Source of the DNA: Callorhinchus milii | Lineage: Eukaryota | NCBI RefSeq assembly: GCF_018977255.1 | Contig: NW_024704743.1 | Location: 79,920,001 to 79,984,000, forward strand | Reading direction: 5' to 3' | Length of the DNA: 64,000 bases | Shown: positions 40,168 through 53,170 of the stretch, piece after piece | How the letters are laid out: the number at the start of each line of letters is the position of its first letter | Position numbering within the stretch: the first letter of the stretch is position 1 | Program-made: the position numbers and the translations under genes | The notes under the pieces: generated by a model | The model's input: only the letters and a program-made list of their open reading frames with translations | Told to the model about the DNA's origin: nothing | Database searches by the model: none

Positions 40168-41919
40168 CTGTAGGGGGGAAAGAGAGAATGCCTCCACATT
40201 TCAGCAATCTGGTTCCCAGCACCAGTCACCACTCCCTCCCCCTCTCTCTCCACCCACTCGCTCATCTGCTCTGGTTCACTTTCCACAGCGCAAGTGTCAA
40301 CCACTGTGCACACTCGTCACACTTTTCACGGTGGGAATGTGTGTCCAAGTCGAGAGCGTGAACACGTTTTAATCCCTCCGTTGCTTTATTTTCTTGATGT
40401 TGCCTGATGTTCAAAATCCTGTGACTCTCCAGATCTGACTGTCTCTCAGCCCCTCCCTCCCCCTCTCCAGGTTAAATGTTGATATTGGAGGTGAAAGTGG
40501 GTATTGGTGTAGAATTACTACTGTGATCTGCAGACTGTAGTCTACAACGTCCTCCTGACGTGAAAGGCGCTAAAAAAAAAGGAATTTTGTTTGTTGTTGT
40601 TGTGAAATGGTATTTCCCATATATCATATTCACGCCCGTGTTATAATGAATACAATCGTATATTTGTTTTTAAAAAAAGGAAAACATGACCATCGCAATG
40701 AATAGTTTCCACTTAATAATCTTGGGTGTCACTTTGCGTTGCTTTTTGCTTCTGCAGATGGATGTGGAACTGAACCATGATAAAGAAATGATTTGAGAAG
40801 ATACCTTTATAACTTGCCTTGCTGACTAATTTTCTACATAATCCACTCATTATACTTTTCACTGGGGGAATGTTTATCCAAGTCTAGAGTGTGACACGTT
40901 TAATCCTTTTGTTGCTTTATTTTCCCTATACTGTATAATACTGGATGTTTAAATATAGCTTTGCATAGAAAGTTACTGCATTGAAACAGATCATTGGATC
41001 CAACAAAACTGTGCTAAACTCCACATGAGCCCCCACCCCTCATAATCACTTTCAGGTACCCCTATATTATCAATTCACCATAAAACTTGTATTTTCTTAA
41101 ATTAGCCTGATTTTTATGAGGTTAGTGGAAAATACAATTCAATATATAAAAAAACTTCTTGAGGGCTACTAAAATGCTAGAGGTGACACGAACACAAAGC
41201 CACAATTACCAACCAGAACCGCAGATTGGCCACTAAGACAGAAATGAAGATTTCAGTTGATATTGTTGTGTCAACACACACGCATAATTGGAAATTATTA
41301 ATCTGAATATGCACTTCATGTCTTTGATAGAGTTGGACTGATTTTATGAAGACGGATTTTTACATAAAAGTTCATCAAAACTTCCTCAGAACTGGTAAGT
41401 GGTGTCCACAAAATATTTATCATGTTTTGTGAAAGAAGAAAAACAAGTGTTTCAAAATTCTGCACCCCTTTGCAAATGTGTATGATTCAGTCCTTAAGTG
41501 GATTGCTGTCTGAAATTTTGATTGTTTAAAAAAATAAGCAACATGTGTTTGCTTGCCTCATCCACTTTCTTGTTAGTTAGCCACTGTGTACCAGATTTGT
41601 GGTAAAAGCGGGGAACGTAGACGTAATTATTTTATGATCAATGAAACTGCTAATCCAAGTCAATTTCTTTCACTCTGCAATTAGCCTTTCTTAAACATTA
41701 AGGGAAAGTAATACTGTTAACCACACCCACCCTTTTTTATGAATCACTTGGTTAGAGATTAACATATTTGAACACATACAATTCTTAAATCCTTTTAAGT
41801 GAAGCGCTTAAATATTCCAGATCACAAGTAAGGAACCTGCACATGGGATTCAATGAACCGTGTTACAGTACATTAGTCATATAGTATTTGGTGGAGGAAG
41901 CATTCTAGGCAGGAATCTA

Positions 41920-42787
41920 CTGGATGGTTAATGGTTTTATTCAGTTATGTCTCTTCCGGGATTTCTGCGTGAACCAAATTATTAACGGGCACATATTTTG
42001 AGGTCAAGCGTAAAATATCCCCTTTCTTGGAATAATGGATCCAACCGCTTTGATCTAATGCAATCAAGTTTCCTTTCCCTCAACCCAAAATACCATCAAC
42101 TGAAAAGGGGCGTTATATCAACCATTCATTAAATGGACAAACAGATAGATACACAAGTCAGTCAAATAGCAGGTTAACATTCTTTTATGGCACAAACCAC
42201 ATGCTAACTGAGAAAAGGTGCAAACAAAAAAACCAATTTCCAGTTTGGCACAACTGGTTAGCAAGTGATATTCATAGTAACATGGTAAATACACTGTTTT
42301 CTAAGGACATTTTAATATTTACAATTCTTTTTACAAAAAATTTTTTTATAGTTGAAATAAAACAAGTTTAAATTTTCAAACCAATTAGACCTGTAAGTGG
42401 TCAACCTTTAAGATTTTGTGTTTTTTTAAGAAAAATAAATGCATTAAATACAAATCTGTAAATTAAAGTAAAACATTAGAGAAACTAATACACTGCAATG
42501 TTTTCTTCCCCTCCAGAGAAAGAACAAAAAAGTGTGAATGTCCCAAAATCCCATTTATAGTCTTTAATTATGAGGCAGTATCGCATGTTTCTGGCCAGGT
42601 GCAAGTTTCTCACAAATAACGAAGACTGGCCATGGTTGTGTAGTTTCAGTCTAGTACAAGAAATGTTGCATGGGCATGCAAGAGCAGGGAGAGAGAAAAA
42701 AAAAGTTCTTATTATTGAAGGACTGGCAAGGTCTCGTAAAGATTAGACAGCAGAAATGCCCTCAGGAAGTCTATAAGACAAAGAAAG
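41920..42787 (-). other. MYC: MYC 3' UTR (AU-rich), with candidate poly(A) signals
   Basis: Follows the stop codon. U-rich with several ATTTA pentamers (42370-42465). ATTAAA at 42316-42311 and AATAAA at 41941-41936 on the minus strand. The 3' end is uncertain. Confidence 0.65.
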
Positions 42788-43489
<702 letters not shown>

Positions 43490-44337
43490 TTAAACAAAAG
43501 TGACCCAACCAAGCTGGAGCCCCGCCAGCTGATGTTTGCACTGCAGCAACCAACGCCACACGGTTTAGCAGACGGGGAGAGATATTTAGGCAATGGCGTT
43601 TTATATCAGCAAGAACAGTGGGTTCTCTGACTGCCTTTTTTTCCCCCCCTCCCCCTCCCTTTCCTCCCTCCCACACTCACTCACTCGCTCAAAAGTCAGC
43701 GCTCACTTAAAAAAAAATCAATGACCGACTCCACGCCAATGCTGAACCTCTGCAGCACTGACGCCCCCTTTTAAAAGTCTCACAAGTCTCCAAATGCCCG
43801 GCCCCCTTTTACACTTTCACCCAGTTTCCTCCTCCACTACCTGATAACTCTCTCTCTCTCTCTCTCTATCCCTCCCTCTCACACTCACTCACTCACACAA
43901 AAGCTGCGCAGTTTTAAATCTCAATCGCGGAAGCTGCTGCTGTTTCTTTTTTTTTTAAAGCCCCCCCCAAGTCGCAGGGGCTCCTGATGGCCATTTCCCC
44001 TCCCAGTTCTCGATGCTACATTCCCTGCCTTTGCATCAACTCCCATCAGCTCTTTTATTACCCCCCACCCCCACACCCCGAGAATTTGGAGGAAAAAAAA
44101 TAACTGGGGATTTTTTTTCTTTAATTTATTTTATATATATATATATATGTATAAATATATATGTATAAAGGAAAAACCACGCAACGCCAAACCAACCCCG
44201 ACCACGAAGGACCGGGGAAAGGAATGCACTCCCACAGCCCCAACGGGAGAGGGGCGATTCCAATTGAAAATCGTCGGGAAAACACAAATAAAATTGGGAA
44301 AATGTTAATTAAAAAAAATTAATTAAATTTTTTTTTA

Positions 44338-45339
<1,002 letters not shown>

Positions 45340-46043
45340 TTAAAATATTGTTAAAGAAAATCAAAAGGTGCTTTTGCTTCTATATAAAGTCATGACACCC
45401 GGTGGGGAAAGCTGTGGCTGTGGCTGTGATATAGGCTCTCTTGACGCGCACCTCAGCCCCTGTGAGTGTGTGACACACATTACACACACACACAACACTG
45501 CACTGCACTCACACACTCGGTGAACCCTTTTTCTCGCCGCTCTTTAAATGTCAGACGAGTTGACGCAGCTCTTTAAAAAAAAATCACACACACACACACA
45601 CAGCGCCGCTCGCTTTTTACTACCGAGTTCCCCCACAACTTTCTTACTCAAACATCGGCGGCGGCTCCAGGTCCCCCCCCACCACCGCCGCCCCCCACCC
45701 CACCCCCGGGGGTCCGAAACGCCGCCATCTCGACGCGGACCGACCGCGATTCCACAAAGATTTCTGCCTCTTTTGAGCGATAAAATTCCCATTAAGCCCT
45801 CTATTGCATATCCCAAACCCGAATAATCCTCAGCCGACCCCAGAAAATAAACACCAAAAAATATAGAGCTGCGGCGGTGGGGCAGAGGCTGTGTGTGTGT
45901 GTGTGTGTGTCGGGGGCTCTTTCTTTGTTCCCGGTCGTTAGGCTTCTCTCTCTCTCTCTCTCTCTCTCCCGCTTTCCCACCTCTCTGCTGCTCCCCATAA
46001 ACGGACACACACACACACACACACACACCGACGAGTTTCTTAC

Positions 46044-46435
46044 CGGAGGAATTAGCAGCGACTGCCGAGAGCGAGAGGTACGGGCGGTCGGGTCGGGTCC
46101 CCACACAGCAGAGCAGAGCCGAGCAGTCAGCACCGCGGCGGCAGCGATATAAAAGTCCTTGACGAACGCAGCCGAGCCGAGCCGAGCCCCGCTTCCTCTG
46201 TGTGTCTGTGTGTCTGTCTGTCTGTGTGTCTGTGTGTGTGTCTGTCTGTGTGTCTGTCTGTCTGTCCTGCCAGGCTCCGGGGCTGCAGTCTGTCTGCGGG
46301 AGACACAGTGATGGGCTCAGAGAGGGAGTTTGCTGACTGGACGCTGAGCTGCCCCCTCTTTTTCTCTCTCTCTCTCTCTCTCTGTGTCTGTCTCTCTATC
46401 GCTCCCTCCGTTTCTCTCTGTGCAACACTGGCAGT
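46044..46435 (-). other. MYC: MYC exon 1 (5' leader, no ATG); 5' boundary approximate
   Basis: Consensus donor TCCG|gtaaga at 46044/46043. The implied 804-nt intron 1 (46043-45240) fits the usual three-exon MYC layout. Promoter motifs lie immediately upstream. Confidence 0.7.
46197..46266. repeat. (TG)/(TCTG) microsatellite inside putative MYC exon 1
   Basis: Same unit type as 39661-40167. A (CT)n tract follows at ~46363-46397. Confidence 0.9.
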
Positions 46436-46439
46436 GCTA

Positions 46440-46540
46440 TAACCTGGAGTGAAAGACCGGCTTAATGCTTCAATGTAGATCCCGCCCCTCCCCATTTATC
46501 CTATCCCCCGCGGGAACATAACGTTTTGGCGCCAAAATAT
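46440..46540 (-). promoter_or_regulatory. MYC proximal promoter (P2-like): E2F sites, GC box, degenerate TATA position
   Basis: Palindromic TTTTGGCGCCAAAA at 46524-46537; TTCCCGC at 46516-46510; GGGGAGGGGCGGGATC at ~46493-46478; CATTAAGCCGGTCTTTC at 46467-46451. Confidence 0.65.
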
Positions 46541-48216
46541 AACTCGTTGTTACATTGATAATAAACATTGCACAAGATGCAACAACAACCCCCACCCCCA
46601 CCACCCCCCCCCACCCCCACAACTACCATCAGCCGAGCAACTGCCTGACTGCTGTTGCTGGGGGGAGAGGGGGGAGAAAAATACAAGAAGTGTAATGTAA
46701 GGGCACACCATTTTATGAAACGTTGCAGTGACTGAAGGCGAGAGAGGGCGGTGCCATAGTAAAGCAGAGCTGCTCCGTTGCCAGCTGGTGGAGAAGAGGG
46801 CATTTGCAGAGGAATTATTTTATGGATATCGTGCACTTTCATTGTTTCTCAGTTGCATCGGTGTCCTTTACCCTTTTTTTCGTTGCTTACACCCCCCCCC
46901 ACCCCCTCCCCTCCCCGGGTGCTCATCTGCTCACTCTAAACCAAACAGGTCTCGAAGTGGACCAACTTTTAAGAGCCAAAATGTTGATTCGATTCTTCTT
47001 TTCGTGGGGGGTTTTTTTTACGCGCAAAAGATCAATGAAAGGAGATGCGTCTGAAGTGTCCCCGTCGATACTGTCCAAGTCGATGGTGTTGTCAGTGCTG
47101 TTCCTCACTCAACCAGAATGATTCATTCATTCATTCATTGACATTTCAGTTTGCATTAATACAACACCGAACGCTACAATCACGAAGTGACACACGTTAC
47201 TGTTTAATAAAGCACTTGACACAAATTGAGCTCCGCGCAGAAAACTAATCGACACGATTTTTTTTCACCCCCCCCCCCCCACCCCCCTCCCCTTCCCCAA
47301 TTTGTTTGACAAATTAGAAGAACCACGTCAGGGAAATTCTGAGCTGTTACGGTTAAAATGAAAGTTGGGAGTTTCAAGATCGAGAGCTGAATATTTTCCA
47401 AGTGCTCAGGGTGACACCCAGAGAGAGAGAGACAGAGAGAGCTGTTGAATTTCCCCAATTGATTGGAAACCAAATGAGCGCAGTATTTGCCACAACGAAC
47501 GGACAAACACGTCTATTATGTCATTTTATTGTTGTTGGAGATATACTTGTATTTGAAGGATGACAAATCATCGGAATAACCAACTTAAACAACTGTTGAG
47601 TGAAGGACAGGACAAACACATGATTAAGATGAACATAAATACTGTACTGCCTACATTGATCTGAATCGGATTTGCTATTATTGGTAGTCATTATCTTATC
47701 GTTTTCGTGATGATATATATTATTATCATTTTCTTGATTTTTTTTGCAGTATATGATTTATTAATCCGTATGTCCCAGCGCCCTGGGACGTCTCTCGAAG
47801 TGAAAGGCACTATTTGTTGTTGCATTTAATGATACGACTTTTATTCCAGATAAGACTTTAATATATATATATATTATATATTACTTTATTTATGAAAGAT
47901 AACAGTATTGCGGACTCGCAACAATGCAACTGAACCTCTGAAGTGAGTTTGAAATAAACCACGCAACCAACTCAACCAACGATACCAACTCTGTGCCATA
48001 AAGAAATATCCTGCAGTGAAGTGTTGGATTGGGTTTGGATGCCTTTCTGCATTGACCGTTGCGGGTCTGCGATACAAGAAAGCTCAGTGTTGTTTCCAGC
48101 ACAGATCCCCCCCCCCCCCCACACCCCACCCCCAACACCACACACACACAAACCTGAACATGTTGAGTGAGTCTCCTCAAACAAAGAAGGACATACTCGC
48201 CTAAAACGGTTCAATC

Positions 48217-48230
48217 GCGCCCTCTGCCGT
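48217..48230 (-). promoter_or_regulatory. Candidate CTCF binding site upstream of MYC
   Basis: Minus strand ACGGCAGAGGGCGC matches the CTCF core CCAGCAGAGGGCGC at 12/14 positions, in a CpG-retaining non-repeat patch. Confidence 0.5.
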
Positions 48231-51200
48231 CTAAATGCCACAGACGAGTCCCACATCAGTCGTTTCCCAAATCGGGATCACACCTTCCCATTTGACTGGC
48301 AACGCGATGCAATCCGACAACAGAGACCTGTGAGCCAACTTCACGCACACACCGGCTCTGCCAGAGCAGTTGGCCAAACACTCTGGGGGCAAAAGCACCT
48401 GAAAACCATGGCAACACTTTTAACACACGTAAGGTACATTTCACCACTATTGCATTCAGTTACAACCCAGATCTGCACCGTGTGCACGACTTCATGGGAA
48501 CGGTGGGGGCTCAGTTGCTGGAACAGCCTGATCTGGAAACTAAGTTTCCATATTGGGCGCCAGGGATGTTTGCACAGCGGATGTCTCGGAGCAGCACAGA
48601 CCACAGTAATTGCTATTCGCTGGATGCTAAATAAATTGACACATCAGACTGGATCTGTCGCCATCGTACAGGTTTTTGCCAGAGAGGGGGTGACATAGTC
48701 AAAGCAAAAAATATTACATCGATCAACAACAATGAGCAGAAATAAGAAAAAAAAACATTTTACTGATAGGAGAATTTCAGCTATCACACATAATTAAAGG
48801 TCCTTACTGGGTAAGATGATTGCAATACAGTCCCATGTTGTCATTGCAATGTCCTGTTCCCCAAATCTACACCATTAGGCAATTGCAACCCAGTTAAAAT
48901 AGTTCTCCTGAAACTAACCCAACAAATTGAAGCCGTCTCTGCATCGCAAACATTTATGTGACTCACAAAACAGTGAATTGGCATGTTTCCACTTTCAGCA
49001 CCTATCCCAAAAATCAACAATTGTTTGCTGATATGTGTAAGTGTTTGCAAGAAATGGAAAACTTTTTAAAGCCCGTATAAACAGTATATAACAATAAATA
49101 ATAATTATTAATCCATTTGATATAGCGCCTTTGCAATTACCAAATTGCCAAATGCAATATCTATTACATTTGATATATAGTGACGGTGTATTTTTTAGGA
49201 GAAAGAGGCGGCATATTTTTGTGCACATTAATGTCCCATAAACAGGAATAAAATGAATGAGCAATTTTGTCTGGAGGATTGTTGGCCTGGACATCGTGAA
49301 AGACTCCCTTCTCTTTTTTAAATAGTGCCATGGGATTTTTAACATCCATCGGAACAGGCACACAGTATCCTGAGTCTAACACCCCACCCGAAAGACAATA
49401 CCTCTGACAATGCAGCACTCAAAAAGCACAGCACTGGAGCATCAGAGTAGATTGTGCACTCGAAGTCCTGAGTTACTGTATGTTCAGTAGTAACCAACAA
49501 ACGATCAATGATTGCCAGAAGTTGCACTAATATAATGAATACAACAACAACAACAAGATTCCATTTATAAAGCGCCTTTCACGTCAGGAGGACGTCCCAA
49601 GGCGCTGCACAGTTGGGTCATGACCCGAGCAGGGGGGAAATGGTCAGGGTGAGGGAAGGGAGGGAGCAAGGAGGGGGGAAATGGTCAGGGTGAGGGGAGG
49701 GAAGGGAGGGAGCGAGGAGGGGGAGGAGAGTCGAGAGGGGAGCTGAAGGCACGGTCAAAGAGAATACTCAATGTATGAGCTGTATGTACCATTTGGGAGA
49801 CTTCTCAAAGCTACTTGGAAAAATGGTTGAAAAAATGAATGATTTAAGAACTTTCGAAAAATACAAATAGGTACTGGTTGTTTTTAAAGATAATTTAACC
49901 AAATCCTGGGTGCAATAATGCTTTGATCTGCACTCTTCTTAATGTTAACATAGACAATCAAGAGCAATGCACCCCAAATTGTGAAGTAAAACTTAAGGTG
50001 TAACATTGCTGAACCATTCCAAATTAAAATAGAAGTTATGTTCACTTCTGACAAAGGGTCATTTCAGATCTTGCTTAATCGATCGTGCATTTCCAGCATC
50101 TTCCCAGTTTAAAATTATATCTCCTCTTCCCCTACATCATTAATGTGATGGGAGTTTAATTCTAAGCATTTTAAAGGAGAGCATTCAGCTACGTGTCCCA
50201 CATTGCTGGGTTCCAGAATCAAAGCTAACAGACAGCTTCGTTGAAAGGTTCCTCTTTACAGCTTTGAAGTTCTGCTTTCCACCCCAGTTTTCAATGTGGA
50301 ACATTTGAGCACCTAATGCAGAGCGATGTTCACAGAGCGTTTGCATTCATTGAAATATATCACAACACATTGGTTTTAATCTCAAATCCATCTGTGTGAT
50401 GTTTTGAGGCATAGGAAGATTCTGATTAAATAATATATGGAATAAAACAGCTCTTTAGAGGATTCTCCCAAAAATAGAAACGGTTTAAACAGCAAATGTG
50501 CTTTTGAAACCTATAACTGTGGGAGCTATATAATACCTGTTATGTGATCACTAACTCCTACACTCCTCTTCTCATATAAGCAGTGCACTGTACAGTCATT
50601 AATCACTGGTCCTTTGATCTGTTGAACAATTCTGAAACAAAGAATGGATTATTTTCTCACACTGGTATGAAACCAGAAAGAATTGCAATTTGGTGAAAAT
50701 AAAAAATCCCTTTGGGTGTGTGTGGGAGAGGGGAAAACATTTGTAATTTGTTACAGGTTAAGAAGGAATGAGTGCATCACAGATGGGTGCTTACAATATT
50801 TATAATTCCAGAGTGTGCTTCTGATCTGGTTATGATATTGTTGAGGGAAGATATGTGACAAAATAGCTTGCACATCTGGTGAAATAGAACTAGTAATAGT
50901 AATAAACTTTGCATTTGATAGTCATCATCAAAATGTCTCAAAGTACTCCACAGGATTAACTGTAAAGTGTAGTGACTGTGTATTTTGTAGACGATTGCAG
51001 TCACCAATTTGAGCACAGCAATATCCCACAAATAACCATAAAGTGAATGACCAATTGTACCTGGGGGATTGTTCTTCTGGTGAAACTCTTCTCTTGTTGG
51101 AATGCCACAAGACATTTGACATCAATCCGAACATGCAGACAGGATCAAAATGTAATGCCTCATCTGAAGGATGGCACCTCCAACTCCCAGTACCTCGTTG

Positions 51201-51780
51201 AAGTGTCACTCTAGGCTGTGAGTTCAAAGTCCTGACTTGGACCTTCCTACTGAGATGTGAGATATATACAAAATAAGCCAGGCTGACACTCTAATAATCA
51301 GAATGACATTTGACTTTACATGCATATTTTTTATAGCTAATTAAGATTCTATGTCAGTATTTAATAATATCCTATTATAGTCCCACGTTAATTTTTTTTC
51401 ATATCTGTTTGATCCTGTGTGAACACAAAACTGGGGCAGGATCAGGCTTGACCCTCACATAATGCTCTATCCACGGTGATCTATTCCCTTGACGGTCACT
51501 GTGTTGACTAATTTTGGGAGATTTGTTGGCCAGGACACCGGGAGAAATTCCCTTCTCTTTTCAAATAGTGCTATAGGATCTTTAGGATTCACTTGAACAG
51601 GAAACGGTTTAACTTCTCATCCAAAGGATTAACCCACAAAATACACAGTCAATACACTTTACATTACAGTATATCCTGTGAAGCACTTTGAGATGTCTCA
51701 ACGACGTGATAAGGAGCTACATCAAATGCAAGGATTATTATTATTATCGACTGAAACATGAAGTCGGTCACCTGGGTAAG

Positions 51781-53170
51781 TAACATAAGAGCATACGAAA
51801 TGTTAAACGAAAAAAGACCTAGGTCCATCTAATTTGCCTTTCACCTTCCTGGCAGTCACATGCACATATGTCCCCAACTACCTATGTACTATATCCCATA
51901 ATGTTATTTCCTAAAAGAAAACTAATCAGTGTTTGAAAGAAATAACACTTCCTGCTACAATCGTCTCCCTAGGGAGCCTGTTCTACAGGTTCACTATTTG
52001 CTCACTGAAATAGAGTTTGCATAGATTTGTTCTGAATTTACCCCCTTCAATCGCAGGCCGTGACCTCTGGTTTTACTTTTCTGCACAAGTTGAAACAGCC
52101 TGTCATGATCTATATTGTCTTGCCCCTTTAGAACCTTAAAGACAGCAATCATGTCGCCTCTCAATCTTCTTTTTTCCAGCGTAAGCACACCCAATTTACT
52201 TAGTCGTTCCTCAAAGTCCAGTCCTTCCATTCCCTCAATCATTGTGGTTGCCCCCCTCTGTTTCTTCTCGATTCCTCCAATATCCTTTTGGTATTGCGGC
52301 GACCAGAACTGTACACATAAGTATGGTCTCACAGATGATTTATACAGTAGCAGGATTACCCCACTATTTCGGCTTGCTGTTGATCTTTTGATACATCCCA
52401 ACATCTGGTTTGCTTTACTGACTGACACAGAGCATTGTTGGAAGAGCGTCAATTTATTGTCAATCAGGATGCCCAGGTCCTTTCCATTTTCCATACATAT
52501 TACTTTCCTTCTGTTCAAATAATAATTCTTTCCAGGATTTTTTATCCCCATGTGAAGTATTTTACATTTCTCCATGTTAAATTTCATCTGCCACCGATCT
52601 GCCCAATTCCCAAGTATGTTCAAATCCTCCTGTAACCTATCTTGTACAGCTTTGCAATCTACCACCTTCATTAGCTTGGTGACATTTGCAAAATTTGTGC
52701 TTCCGACTCCTCGTTCCAGATCATTTATAAAAATATTAAACAAAAGAGATCCCCCCCAAAAATCTTGTGGAACTCCACAGTAACATTTTCCCAGTCTGAT
52801 CACATTCCCTATACCACCACCCACTGGGTTCTTCTGGTCAATCAATTGTGTATCCATTGTAATATACCTCCACTGATTTCTGCTTTTTTTTTTACTTTCA
52901 GTACCAGCCTCTCAAGAGGAACTGTATCAAAGGCCTTACTGAAATCCAGATGTACAACATCCACAGCCTTACACTTGTCACACCATCAAAGAAAACCAGT
53001 AAATTAGATTGGCAAGACCTTCCTTTCATGAACCCAAATTGGCTATCATTTATGATTTTATTTCTGTCCAGATGCTTCATGATTTTATCCTTAATAAGAG
53101 TCTCCATAACTTTACCCACAATGGACATCAAGCTTACTAGTCTGCAATTTCCTGGGTCCCAAATTAACAG
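51781..53170 (-). mobile_element. CR1 LINE fragment (different, older subfamily)
   Basis: GVPQ..LLFNIFINDLE, WQMKFNMEKCKILH, LEKRRLRGDMIAVFK and QFGFMKGRSCQSNL. Confidence 0.9.

Noticed and set aside
39027..40372. Many long ORFs (up to 340 aa) rich in Gly/Val/Cys or His/Thr/Pro
   Set aside because: They are translations of poly-C and TG/TCTG microsatellites that lack stop codons, and some span the N gap.
49631..49718. ~41 bp tandem duplication (aggggggaaatggtcagggtgaggg)
   Set aside because: A slippage duplication within an L2 3' UTR fragment; no sign of function.
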